Source: Gemmatimonadaceae bacterium (GTDB lineage Bacteria; Gemmatimonadota; Gemmatimonadetes; Gemmatimonadales; Gemmatimonadaceae). Taken from it: DNA of 64,000 bases. Where the stretch lies: positions 52,487 through 116,486 of the forward strand of contig DATNEW010000035.1 in NCBI GenBank assembly GCA_035606695.1, given 5' to 3'. This document shows, piece by piece, positions 38,849-47,766 of the stretch (positions within the stretch are counted from its first letter, which is position 1; every line of letters starts with the position of its first letter). Under the pieces are notes generated by a model. That model did not search any database. It was not told where the DNA came from and was given only the letters and a program-made list of their open reading frames with translations. Both the position numbers and the translations under genes were made by a program.

Positions 38849-39379
38849 CTAGGAATTCTCGGTCTTCAACTGCTTCAACTGCTTCAGCTGCTTCAGCGCG
38901 TCCCAGCGGGGATCGACCGACTTGTCCTCGCAGTCGCACGGACCTTCGTTCAGGTCCTTGCCACAGCGCGGGCAGAGCCCCTTGCAGGCTTCGTTACAGA
39001 GCGCGAACGACGGCGCGGCGAGCAGCCACTCTTCACGAAGCGCCGGGCGAAGGTCGATCTCTTCGGCGTTCGGGTCGAGCTCGTACACGTCCGGGTCGTC
39101 CGTTTCCTCCGCTCCCGTTTCGGCGAAGATGAGGTGCGCTTCGTCGCTCACGTCCGCGCGCGCTTCGGCGAGACAGCGGCTGCATTCGTGAACGACGCTC
39201 CCCTCGATGCGCCCGTGCCAGTAGTACCGCCCCGGTCCCGCCGCCGACAACCGGCCGGTGACGTGCACCGCGGTCTCGGGCTTCGGGTCGCTCTCTTCCC
39301 AGATCGGATCGCTGGCCGGCAATTCGGCGTCAACGACGGCGGCCTGGGTTTCGAGCGAACGGATGTCGAAGGACAACAT
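38849..39379 (-). CDS. yceD: YceD-family (DUF177) protein
   Basis: 176 aa, acidic, with CSRC...CNEACKGLCPRCG cysteine motifs. Holds the conserved position upstream of rpmF-plsX. Confidence 0.78.
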   Translation of the reverse strand: MLSFDIRSLETQAAVVDAELPASDPIWEESDPKPETAVHVTGRLSAAGPGRYYWHGRIEGSVVHECSRCLAEARADVSDEAHLIFAETGAEETDDPDVYELDPNAEEIDLRPALREEWLLAAPSFALCNEACKGLCPRCGKDLNEGPCDCEDKSVDPRWDALKQLKQLKQLKTENS

Positions 39380-39435
39380 CCATCAAAAATACTCGGATGC
39401 GGGGGTGCTTACAAGTCCGTGAGTGTCATGGAGTT

Positions 39436-39504
39436 GGGCGTCGGGGCGTCGGGGCGTCGGGGCGTCGGGGCGTCAGGGCGTATGGGCGTATGGGCGTATG
39501 GGCG
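39436..39504. repeat. 8-nt G-tract tandem array, 9 units (TTGGGCG, TCGGGGCG x4, TCAGGGCG, TATGGGCG x3)
   Basis: Read directly; nine consecutive G3-4 tracts with 4-5 nt spacers on the plus strand. Confidence 0.92.
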
Positions 39505-39526
39505 ACGACCAAACGTCGAGGCGGTC

Positions 39527-39626
39527 GTCATCCCGAGCGAAGCGAGGGATCTTTCGTGGATGCCAGAGGGCTGGCCACTCTACCGAGACGCCAGATCCCT
39601 CGTTCGCTGCACTCGCTCGGGATGAC
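39527..39626. repeat. Second copy of the ~100-bp palindromic element (arms GTCATCCCGAGCGAAGCGAGGGATCT / AGATCCCTCGTTCGCTGCACTCGCTCGGGATGAC)
   Basis: Read directly; it is nested between the G-tract and C-tract arrays. Confidence 0.85.
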
Positions 39627-39645
39627 GGGTGGCTCGAAGCGTCGA

Positions 39646-39676
39646 CGCCCATCGCCCATCGCCCAGCGCCCACCGC
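39646..39676. repeat. C-tract 7-nt array (CGCCCAT CGCCCAT CGCCCAG CGCCCAC CGCC), inverted partner of 39436-39504
   Basis: Read directly; it abuts the ndk stop codon (39677-39679). Confidence 0.88.
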
Positions 39677-40105
39677 CTACCGCGCCGCCAACAACTCCGT
39701 CTCGGCGAAGAAAAACCGTGATTCGCGAGTCGCGTTGTCATCCGAATCCGAGGCGTGAATGGCATTCCGGCCCTTCGACTCCGCATACAGCTTCCGGACC
39801 GTCCCCTCGGCGGCTTCGGCCGGATCAGTCGCACCGATCGCCGTGCGCAGCGACGCAACCGCATCGCCCTTCTCCAGCACCATCGGCATGCATGGTCCCG
39901 ACGTCATGAAGTCCACGAGCTCGCCATAGAACGGGCGGCCCTTGTGGACAGCGTAGAACTCGCCGGCCTGGTCCTTGGACATGTGCATCACCCGCGCGGC
40001 CAGGACCTTGAAGCCTTGGCCCTCGAGGTGCGCGATGATCGTTCCCGCCTTCCCCGCGCCAAACGCGTCGGGCTTGATGATCGTGAGTGTGTAGTTGCCG
40101 GCCAT
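39677..40105 (-). CDS. ndk: Nucleoside-diphosphate kinase
   Basis: 142 aa with TLTIIKPDA, the NAIHASDS active-site His context and FFFAE. Confidence 0.96.
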   Translation of the reverse strand: MAGNYTLTIIKPDAFGAGKAGTIIAHLEGQGFKVLAARVMHMSKDQAGEFYAVHKGRPFYGELVDFMTSGPCMPMVLEKGDAVASLRTAIGATDPAEAAEGTVRKLYAESKGRNAIHASDSDDNATRESRFFFAETELLAAR

Positions 40106-40118
40106 GAGAGTTTCCTGA

Positions 40119-41012
40119 TCAGGGTCCTATGAGTTTGCGAACGATGTCGCCGCGCGTGAGAAAGCCCACCAACCGGCCTTCCCGCACCACCGGCAGTCGC
40201 TCGACGTCCTTGTTGCTCATCAACGCCGCCACTTCGGCGACGGGTTGCTCGGGCGCCACGCACAACACCTGCCGTGTCATGGCCTCCCGAACCGTCATAT
40301 CGTTTGCGCGGGCGACGGCGGGCGACTGGTGCCGCGATCCGCCGAACGACACGCCCTCCGTCGCCAGCAGGTGGCGCATCAGCTCGCGCTCGCTGAGCAT
40401 GCCGAGCAGCTGTTCGTGCTCGTCGACCACCGGCAGGGCGCCGAGCCCCGAGCGAATGAGCTCGCGCGCCGCGTGCCGCAGCGGGACGTCACCGCCGATC
40501 GTGCGCGGACGCTCGGTCATGAGGTCGCGGACGAGCAGCTGTTCGGCGATTTCGTAGTCAGCGAACACGGGTAAACTAACCAGCGCCTCGGCGCTGGGCG
40601 CGGCGAGGAGCGCGTCGATCACCTCGCGATTGGAGAGGAGGCGTCCGAACGCACGAACGACTTGCAGCTGGCGCGCGGCGGATCGCGGTGGGCCGACCAC
40701 CATGGTGACGAGCGGCGCGCGCTGCTCGACGCCGTCGTCCAGCGCACGGACGATCCCGGTCGGACAGACGCCCACCGCGACCTGGAGCGCCAGCGCGGTA
40801 TCCGTGCGGTAATGCAGCAGGAACGCCTGGTCGGCGATCGCGACCATGTCTTCCCCGCGCTCTTCACTCACGCGCCCTTGCAGCCGCTCGAGGTCGCCGA
40901 TCGCACCCGAGGACTCGAGCCGCGCGAGCAGCGACGTGCGCGCCGCGTCGAGCGTATCGCAATCCAGCGGAATCAACACGCGCGAGGGCGCGAGAAAATC
41001 GACGAGCTTCAC
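40119..41012 (-). CDS. PTS EIIA(Ntr)-like domain fused to a CBS pair
   Basis: The N-terminal ~150 aa (MKLVDFLAPSRVLIPLDCDT...AFLLHYRTD...VTMVVGPP) resemble EIIA type 2. The C-terminal half has two CBS motifs (VRDLMTERPRTI...ALPVVDE; VREAMTRQVLCV...RLPVVREGRLVGFLTRGDI). Confidence 0.6.
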   Translation of the reverse strand: MKLVDFLAPSRVLIPLDCDTLDAARTSLLARLESSGAIGDLERLQGRVSEERGEDMVAIADQAFLLHYRTDTALALQVAVGVCPTGIVRALDDGVEQRAPLVTMVVGPPRSAARQLQVVRAFGRLLSNREVIDALLAAPSAEALVSLPVFADYEIAEQLLVRDLMTERPRTIGGDVPLRHAARELIRSGLGALPVVDEHEQLLGMLSERELMRHLLATEGVSFGGSRHQSPAVARANDMTVREAMTRQVLCVAPEQPVAEVAALMSNKDVERLPVVREGRLVGFLTRGDIVRKLIGP

Positions 41013-41018
41013 GGAGTG

Positions 41019-42254
41019 TTACGAGGGCGACGAAGAGAGGCGGTTCGACAGACGAAGTCCGCGTGCGAGCACAACGGTCGTGACGACGAGCAAGAGATTG
41101 CGCAGCACGAGCCCGACCACGGCGTCCGGTGCTTCGGTGCGTACGAGCGCCATGTAGCGCAGTGGAAAAATGTAGTAGGTCACCACACCCGTCAGCGCGA
41201 AGAGCGTCCACAGGAGCGCCCGGTTTCTGACGGCGATCAGCGGCACCAGCGGCATGACCCAGATCAGGTATTGCGGCGAGAGGACCTTGCTCGTGACGAG
41301 CCCCGCGAAAAGTACCAGCGCGCTCCAGGCGGCGAGGTCGACGGGTTCGTCGCGGCGTGTTCGACGATACATCATCGCATACACGACGACGACCGCCGCG
41401 AGCATCAGCACGGTCGACAGGGGTTTCACGACCGCCGCCGCGTGGCCGGACATGTTCCATGATGAGAAGTTGTACTCGATCGCGGCCGCCACGAGATGCA
41501 GCTTGCTCGCCGCCACCAACAGGCTTCCGTACGTGCTTTCTGCATGCACGCCGCGAGCGGCGTGGTAGTCCAGAAACCCGAGCATGTTGCGTGGAGCGAC
41601 GAGCAAGAGCGGTGACGCCAGCACCACCATGGTTGCGGTGCCGACGATCGCGCAGCGCACGAGCAGGCCATAGGCGCGCGCGCGAACGTGCTGCATGGCG
41701 AATACCGGGACCAGGAGCAATGGATACAGCTTCGTCAGAATGCCGACAGCCAGCATGATCGACGCGCCGAACCACTCGCTCCGCCCGGCGAACCAGAGGG
41801 CGCACACGACGGTCGCCGCGGGAAAAATGTCGAAGTCCTGGCCGATGATCGGTCCCACGGTAAGCACGAACACGGTATAGGCGCCGAGGACCGCGACGCG
41901 ATTCAGCCCACGGCGTCGCGCGATGGCGTTCAACGCGACGAGGATCAGGAGGTCGGCGATCACGACCTCGACGCGGAACGCCACGTAATACTGCGTGAGC
42001 GTGGTCGCGACGAGCCGCGGCAGTCCGAAGAAGATGAGCGCTGCCGGCGGATACTCCACCGCGAAGTCGCGGTATGGTACGGCACCGGCGAGTGCGCGGG
42101 AGGCGTACCGGTAGTAGATCGGCACGTCCGAGAAGTTCGACCTGTAGACCGACCAGAAGACGACGACGAGAATGACGACGTGCGCGAGGGCGGCGTAGAC
42201 CAGAAGCAGCGGACGCGCTGCGTCGTCGACATCGCCCTCGCGCTCGCGCGCCAT
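41019..42254 (-). CDS. Polytopic membrane protein, DUF2029/GT87-like putative glycosyltransferase
   Basis: 411 aa with about 10 TM helices and the N-terminal loop YRDFAVEYPPAALIFF, typical of the DUF2029 family as I recall it. Confidence 0.5.
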   Translation of the reverse strand: MAREREGDVDDAARPLLLVYAALAHVVILVVVFWSVYRSNFSDVPIYYRYASRALAGAVPYRDFAVEYPPAALIFFGLPRLVATTLTQYYVAFRVEVVIADLLILVALNAIARRRGLNRVAVLGAYTVFVLTVGPIIGQDFDIFPAATVVCALWFAGRSEWFGASIMLAVGILTKLYPLLLVPVFAMQHVRARAYGLLVRCAIVGTATMVVLASPLLLVAPRNMLGFLDYHAARGVHAESTYGSLLVAASKLHLVAAAIEYNFSSWNMSGHAAAVVKPLSTVLMLAAVVVVYAMMYRRTRRDEPVDLAAWSALVLFAGLVTSKVLSPQYLIWVMPLVPLIAVRNRALLWTLFALTGVVTYYIFPLRYMALVRTEAPDAVVGLVLRNLLLVVTTVVLARGLRLSNRLSSSPS

Positions 42255-42275
42255 GAGTGTTCTCTGAACGGTCGC

Positions 42276-43148
42276 CTACTGCACGCGAGCCTTGATCAGC
42301 TCGACGAAATCCATCGGGCGTTTGGCGACGCCCATCCCCGCGGCCTCGAACGCCGCGATCTTTTCGGCCGCCGTTCCCGAGGAACCGCTGATGATCGCTC
42401 CCGCGTGACCCATGCGGCGTCCCGGCGGCGCCGTCTGTCCGGCGATGAACCCGACGACCGGCTTCTTCATGTGCTTCTTGATGAACTCGGCCGCTTCCTG
42501 TTCGTCGGTGCCGCCGATCTCGCCCATCATCGCCACGGCCTTGGTGTCCGGATCCTTCTCGAACGCCGCGAGACAGTCGATGAAATTGGTGCCGTTGATT
42601 GGATCGCCGCCGATGCCGACGCACGTGGACTGCCCGAGCCCCGCGCGCGTGAGCTGATAGACGACCTCGTACGTCAGCGTGCCCGACCGGCTGACGACGC
42701 CGATGTTGCCAGGCGTGCAGATGCGTCCGGGAATGATGCCGACTTTCGACTTGCCTGGCGTGATCAGCCCCGGACAGTTCGGTCCGATCAACCGCGCGCC
42801 GCGTTCCTTCACGAACGGATACACGCGCGTCATGTCGAGCACCGGCACGCCTTCCGTGATCGCGACGACGAGCTTGACGCCCGCGTCCACCGCCTCGAGA
42901 ATCGCGTCGGCCGCGTACATCGGCGGCACGTAGATCACACTCGTATTCGCGTTCGTCGCCGCGACCGCATCCGCGACGGTATTGAAGATCGGCACCTTGT
43001 CTTCGAACTTCTGACCGCCTTTGCCGGGCGTCACGCCCGCGACGACCTTGGTGCCGTACTCCATCATCTGCTTCGTGTGGAACGAGCCGTCTCGGCCCGT
43101 GATCCCCTGCACGATCAGCGTCGTGTCGTTGTCGATGAAGATGCTCAC
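42276..43148 (-). CDS. sucD: Succinyl-CoA synthetase alpha subunit
   Basis: GTG start (GTGA overlap with the sucC stop). Contains [21 protein letters not shown] and MGHAGAII (phospho-His) motifs. Confidence 0.95.
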   Translation of the reverse strand: MSIFIDNDTTLIVQGITGRDGSFHTKQMMEYGTKVVAGVTPGKGGQKFEDKVPIFNTVADAVAATNANTSVIYVPPMYAADAILEAVDAGVKLVVAITEGVPVLDMTRVYPFVKERGARLIGPNCPGLITPGKSKVGIIPGRICTPGNIGVVSRSGTLTYEVVYQLTRAGLGQSTCVGIGGDPINGTNFIDCLAAFEKDPDTKAVAMMGEIGGTDEQEAAEFIKKHMKKPVVGFIAGQTAPPGRRMGHAGAIISGSSGTAAEKIAAFEAAGMGVAKRPMDFVELIKARVQ

Positions 43149-44290
43149 GCCGCCTTTCCTCCTTTCGCCAGCGCGACGGCCTTCTTCACCGCTTCGTCCA
43201 TGTCCGACGATGCCGAGAAGCCGTTCTCCTGAAGAATCTTCATCGCGATCTCTTCGTTGGTTCCGGTGAGCCGAATGACGATCGGCACCTTGAGCGGATT
43301 CTGCTTCGTGGCGGTCACGATGCCGTTCGCGACGTCATCGGTCCGGGTAATCCCGCCAAAAATATTGAACAGGATGGCTTTCACGTTCGGATCGGCGGTA
43401 ATGATCTTGAGCGCGTTCACGACCTTTTCCGGATTCGACGAGCCGCCGATGTCCAGGAAGTTCGCGGGCTCGCCGCCGTAGTACTTCACCAGGTCCATCG
43501 TGGCCATCGCGAGACCGGCGCCGTTGACGACGCACCCGACGTCGCCGTCCAATTTGATGAAAGTCAAATTAGCGTTTCTGGCCTGAACCTCACTCGGCGC
43601 TTCGGCGCTTTCGTCGCGGAGCGCGGCGATGTCGGCGTGGCGATCGAGCTCGTTGTCGTCGATCACCATCTTGGCGTCGAGCGCCACGACGTCGCCCGCC
43701 GGAGTCACGACGAGCGGATTGATCTCGGCCAGCGAGCAGCCGTTCTTCATGAACGCGCTATACAGCTGCCCCATGATCTTCGCGGCCTGCTTCACCTTCT
43801 TCGGATCGTCGAACAGAAAGTAGCCCAGGCGGCTGGCCTGGTACGGCTGCAGCCCGTAGCGCGTATCGACCGGCAGCTTGAGGATTTTCTCGGGCGTCGT
43901 CGCCGCGACTTCCTCGATGTCGATGCCGCCCGCCGGGCTCACCATGAACACCGGCTTCTTCGACGCGCGGTCGAGGATGATGCCGACGTACGCCTCGCTG
44001 GCGATGTCGGCGGCGGGTGTCACGAGCACTTTTTGCACGGGGAGATCCTTGATCTTCAACTGCAGGATCTTCGTGGCGAGCTCCTTCGCCTCGGCGGGAG
44101 TCTTCGCGAGCTTGACGCCGCCCGCCTTGCCGCGGCCGCCGGCGTGCACCTGCGCTTTCACCACGACGGTGCCGCCATACTGCGTCGCGATCTTCTCCGC
44201 CTCTTCGGGCGTCGTCGCGACGTCGCCCGGCGGAATCGGTACGCCTTCCTTGCGGAGCAGTTCCTTTGCCTGATACTCGTGAATGTTCAC
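43145..44290 (-). CDS. sucC: Succinyl-CoA synthetase beta subunit
   Basis: GTG 44290 gives (M)[14 protein letters not shown]-grasp domain with [10 protein letters not shown]; 381 aa. The longer ORF to 44644 is a shadow. Confidence 0.94.
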   Translation of the reverse strand: MNIHEYQAKELLRKEGVPIPPGDVATTPEEAEKIATQYGGTVVVKAQVHAGGRGKAGGVKLAKTPAEAKELATKILQLKIKDLPVQKVLVTPAADIASEAYVGIILDRASKKPVFMVSPAGGIDIEEVAATTPEKILKLPVDTRYGLQPYQASRLGYFLFDDPKKVKQAAKIMGQLYSAFMKNGCSLAEINPLVVTPAGDVVALDAKMVIDDNELDRHADIAALRDESAEAPSEVQARNANLTFIKLDGDVGCVVNGAGLAMATMDLVKYYGGEPANFLDIGGSSNPEKVVNALKIITADPNVKAILFNIFGGITRTDDVANGIVTATKQNPLKVPIVIRLTGTNEEIAMKILQENGFSASSDMDEAVKKAVALAKGGKAA

Positions 44291-45270
44291 GGATTCTCCA
44301 GTGAATCTGTTTCGAGATTTGTAATTGTAGTTCCCGCATCGCCGCGCACGGCCGCCTGCCCCAGCGCGAGCGACGTGATGATCGCGCGCCCTCCCGTGCG
44401 GCGCACGAAGTCGATCGCCGCGCGGATCTTGGGTGCCATGCTGCCTTCGCCGAACGCGTTCGCTTCGTCCATCCGCGCCGCTTCCGCGGCGGTCAACCGG
44501 CGGAGCGGCCGCTGCTCCGGCGTGCCCCAGTCGGCGTACACCGCATCCACGTCCGTCAGGATGATCAGCAGCTTCGCGCCGAGATCGCGCGCCAGCACCG
44601 CCGCCGCGAGATCCTTGTCGACCACCGCATCCACCCCTTCCCATCCCAATGTCGGGTGCTCGTAGACCGGCGCACCACCGCCACCCGCGGCGACCACGAG
44701 CATCCCCGCCTCGACCAGCGTCTTGATCACCGGCAATTCGCGAATCGCTCGCGGCACGGGACTGCCCACCACACGCCGCAGATTGCCGTGGCCATCCGGT
44801 TTGATCACATGTCCTTCGGCCTTGGCCTGACGCGCGCGATCGCGCGACAACTTGCGGCCGATGAACTTCGTCGGATTCCGCAGCGCCGGATCGGTGGGAT
44901 CGACTTCAACCTGCGTGATCACCGTTGCCACGCTGCGCGGAGAGCCGGCTCGTTGAAGCGCGTTCTCCAGCGACTGCTGAATCATATAACCGATCCACCC
45001 CGCTGTCGCGGCCACGAGCACGCCCAAGGGCAGCGGACTCGCCTGTTCGCGCGCGACCTCGTTGCGTACGAGCTCGTCCCCGACCTGCGGGCCGTTCCCG
45101 TGCACGACGCAGACGCTCCAACCGGCGAGCGCCAGATCCACGATCGGGCCCACACTCTCGCGCGTGTGCCGGAATTGATCGTAGATCGTCGACTGCTCGC
45201 CCGACGGCGCAAGCGCATTGCCGCCCAGCGCGACGACCGCCGTCTGCACATGCCGATGCGGGTCGGTCAC
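44287..45270 (-). CDS. arcC: Carbamate kinase family protein
   Basis: VVALGGNAL, HGNGPQVG and AAGGGGAPV motifs; 327 aa. GTGA overlaps at both ends. Confidence 0.75.
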   Translation of the reverse strand: MTDPHRHVQTAVVALGGNALAPSGEQSTIYDQFRHTRESVGPIVDLALAGWSVCVVHGNGPQVGDELVRNEVAREQASPLPLGVLVAATAGWIGYMIQQSLENALQRAGSPRSVATVITQVEVDPTDPALRNPTKFIGRKLSRDRARQAKAEGHVIKPDGHGNLRRVVGSPVPRAIRELPVIKTLVEAGMLVVAAGGGGAPVYEHPTLGWEGVDAVVDKDLAAAVLARDLGAKLLIILTDVDAVYADWGTPEQRPLRRLTAAEAARMDEANAFGEGSMAPKIRAAIDFVRRTGGRAIITSLALGQAAVRGDAGTTITNLETDSLENP

Positions 45271-47765
45271 GGTGTACGCCCTCCCGACTTCTTCTCGTTC
45301 AGCACGCGCCCGAGTGCATCGAACGCGCGGCCGAACGCGACCCAGTCGCCGCGGCGCATGGCATCGCGCATGGCAGCGTAAAGCGCCGCGGCGGAGCGAC
45401 TCGCCGGCATCGCGCCGGACCCCGCAGGCGTTGGCGTCGTACCCGGATGGGCGACCGACGCAATCGGTGGCGCGATCGCCCGAATGCTGTCACCTGCCAG
45501 AAGCGCGACGCGATTCACCGTCGGCACCGTTTGGGGCCGCCAACGATAGCTGGGCTGCACGAATGCGATGGCGCCGTTCACGGGAATCGCGCGCGCGCGT
45601 CCATGCGCGAGCGGTCCCTCGCGCGCGGCGCTGCCCGCGCTGTCGACCGACCGCAGCCGGTCGAGAATGGCGCCCCACCGCGGCCCAGGCACCGCGAGCG
45701 GATACCAGCTGGTCGTACGCGACGCACCGCCGGTTCCGACCAACACACCGCGCAATCGTTCCGTATCGTCGACCAACGGCAGCGTCATCATCGTGGCGGG
45801 CTCGGTCCCCGCTTGCGCGGGCGCGGCGAGCGGCACGCGTTCGCCGACCAGCGCGTCGTCGGCTCCTTCGAGCGTCGGCACGTGCCGCGGCGCGGTGCTC
45901 TCGCCGCGACTGCCGTACCGTCCAAACGCATACGCCTGCGCGTAGAGCGCATCGATCGCCGGCGGAAGCGATGTCCGTACGCGCGGCGGCAACGTGTTCC
46001 AGGTATTGAACAGCGATGGCAGTGCTCGCACCCACGTCGTCGCCACCGGGTCGAGCGCCGAGTCGGGCACGACCACGATCTCACCGGTGGAAGCCTGCAC
46101 GACAGCAGTCGCGGCATGCTTGAGATAACTCTGATCCTCGCCGGCGAGGAAGGCGTGCCGGCTGAGCGGATACATGTCCGACGCCGAGTAGAGGTCGACG
46201 GCCCAGTACAGCGAGTCGCCGAGCAGGATGGGCTCGACGTGGCCGCCCTGGGCAAAGAAGGGCATGTATCGATCGAGACGATCGCGAATGTCGCGGTGCA
46301 CGATCGCGGTGGGATGTGGTTGTTGCAGATCGTTCGACAGGAGCGAGAAATTTTGCGACGACCACGCGACGGCCAGGCGCGCGAGTCCGCCCTCGAGCGA
46401 CGTCCCTGCGGCGCGCCGCAGCGAATCGGCCACGACGAGCATCTCCGAGGCGCCGGGATACACGAGCGGCGCGTCGACCGGGTTGTCATCGATGGCGCTC
46501 GGGTCGGAAGCGTCGGCGCGCAGCGGCGCACCACGTTCATCGACGTCGGACGCCACGACCACCGCCGCCGTCCACGGAGCGCGCGATGACGCGCCGGCGA
46601 CCGGTGCGTTCACGACTTGCGCGAGCAAGCCGTCGCTCGTGGCGCGCCAGCCGATCGGCGTCGCGCGATCCTCCGACGTTCCGGCACGCGACGCGTCGAC
46701 TGCCCGCGCGAGAGCCGGCGCATCCCACAGTGATACCGCTGGAAGCGCGGCGGCGGCGGACGAAAACTGCACGCTCGTCGTCGCGAGCGGCATGACGTCC
46801 ACACCGAACGCGCGTCGGGTATAGGCGGCGCGCGTCGCGATATAAGATTGCTCACGCAGCGCGCGATGCGCGTCGGTGCCGATGTGCGCGGCGACCGCCG
46901 GCGCGATCTCGCGGCCAAGCAGCGAGAGCACGATCGTGGAGAGCACCGCGATGCCGGCGAGCCGCATGCGGCCCGCGAGACCGGTCCAGAGCACGATCAA
47001 CGCCGCGCCCAGCGTCGCCACCGACAACACCAGATCGCTCGGCACACCGACGTGGTGATCGACCCAGCCAAACACGCCGTCAGGTCCGCTGCCGTCCACG
47101 AGCAGCGAATACATGTCGAGACGAAAGCTCCACGCGAGCATCAACAACAGGAGTCCGACGAGCACCGTGAAGTGGCGCCGCACATACGTCGACGCATAGA
47201 AGCCGCCGCGCTGCCACTTGAGACTCGGCGTCAACGCATAGAGCAGAATCACCGCCACCGAGACGACGATCACGACCAGGAACGCCCACATCCACAGCAG
47301 ATTCTCGAACGGAAGCCAGTACGTGAAAAACCCGAGGTCGTTGCCGAAGTACGGTTCGCTCTCGTCGAACGGCTTGCCGGAGCTGGCGAGGACGAACGAC
47401 GTCCAATTATCGGACGACATGGCGAGCGAAACACCGAGTACGACCGCGAGCCCGATCGCCGCCCAGAGCAGATACCGGCCCGGCACTTCCTCGCCGATCT
47501 CGAGATTTCCAAGACGCCGCGGGAACACGAGTGAGACAACGGACCGGCGCACCGCGTACAGATTCGCGAACGCGAATAGCGTGGCGATGGCCATCGACCC
47601 GCCGCGCACCACGAGGACGGCCTGCGTACGCATGCGCCACAGCGCCAGCGCGCCGAGCGATTCGTACCAGAGATAATCGGCGTACGCGCCGGCCACGGCG
47701 CGGCCGGCGATCAACAGGATCGCGGCGGCCGCCAGCGCGAAGACGAGCCACCGCCGCCTCGTCAT
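45267..47765 (-). CDS. UPF0182-family large membrane protein
   Basis: Trimmed to ATG 47765 (MTRRRWLVFALAAAAILLIAG). About 7 N-terminal TM helices plus a large extracytoplasmic domain, 832 aa, matching UPF0182 architecture as I recall it. Confidence 0.65.
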   Translation of the reverse strand: MTRRRWLVFALAAAAILLIAGRAVAGAYADYLWYESLGALALWRMRTQAVLVVRGGSMAIATLFAFANLYAVRRSVVSLVFPRRLGNLEIGEEVPGRYLLWAAIGLAVVLGVSLAMSSDNWTSFVLASSGKPFDESEPYFGNDLGFFTYWLPFENLLWMWAFLVVIVVSVAVILLYALTPSLKWQRGGFYASTYVRRHFTVLVGLLLLMLAWSFRLDMYSLLVDGSGPDGVFGWVDHHVGVPSDLVLSVATLGAALIVLWTGLAGRMRLAGIAVLSTIVLSLLGREIAPAVAAHIGTDAHRALREQSYIATRAAYTRRAFGVDVMPLATTSVQFSSAAAALPAVSLWDAPALARAVDASRAGTSEDRATPIGWRATSDGLLAQVVNAPVAGASSRAPWTAAVVVASDVDERGAPLRADASDPSAIDDNPVDAPLVYPGASEMLVVADSLRRAAGTSLEGGLARLAVAWSSQNFSLLSNDLQQPHPTAIVHRDIRDRLDRYMPFFAQGGHVEPILLGDSLYWAVDLYSASDMYPLSRHAFLAGEDQSYLKHAATAVVQASTGEIVVVPDSALDPVATTWVRALPSLFNTWNTLPPRVRTSLPPAIDALYAQAYAFGRYGSRGESTAPRHVPTLEGADDALVGERVPLAAPAQAGTEPATMMTLPLVDDTERLRGVLVGTGGASRTTSWYPLAVPGPRWGAILDRLRSVDSAGSAAREGPLAHGRARAIPVNGAIAFVQPSYRWRPQTVPTVNRVALLAGDSIRAIAPPIASVAHPGTTPTPAGSGAMPASRSAAALYAAMRDAMRRGDWVAFGRAFDALGRVLNEKKSGGRTP

Positions 47766-47766
47766 C

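Noticed and set aside
38800-38849. Palindrome GCGAACGCGTTCGC between yceD and rpmF as a regulatory operator
   Set aside because: It is a single short palindrome with no second site or adjacent regulator. It could equally be a minor RNA hairpin, so the evidence is insufficient.
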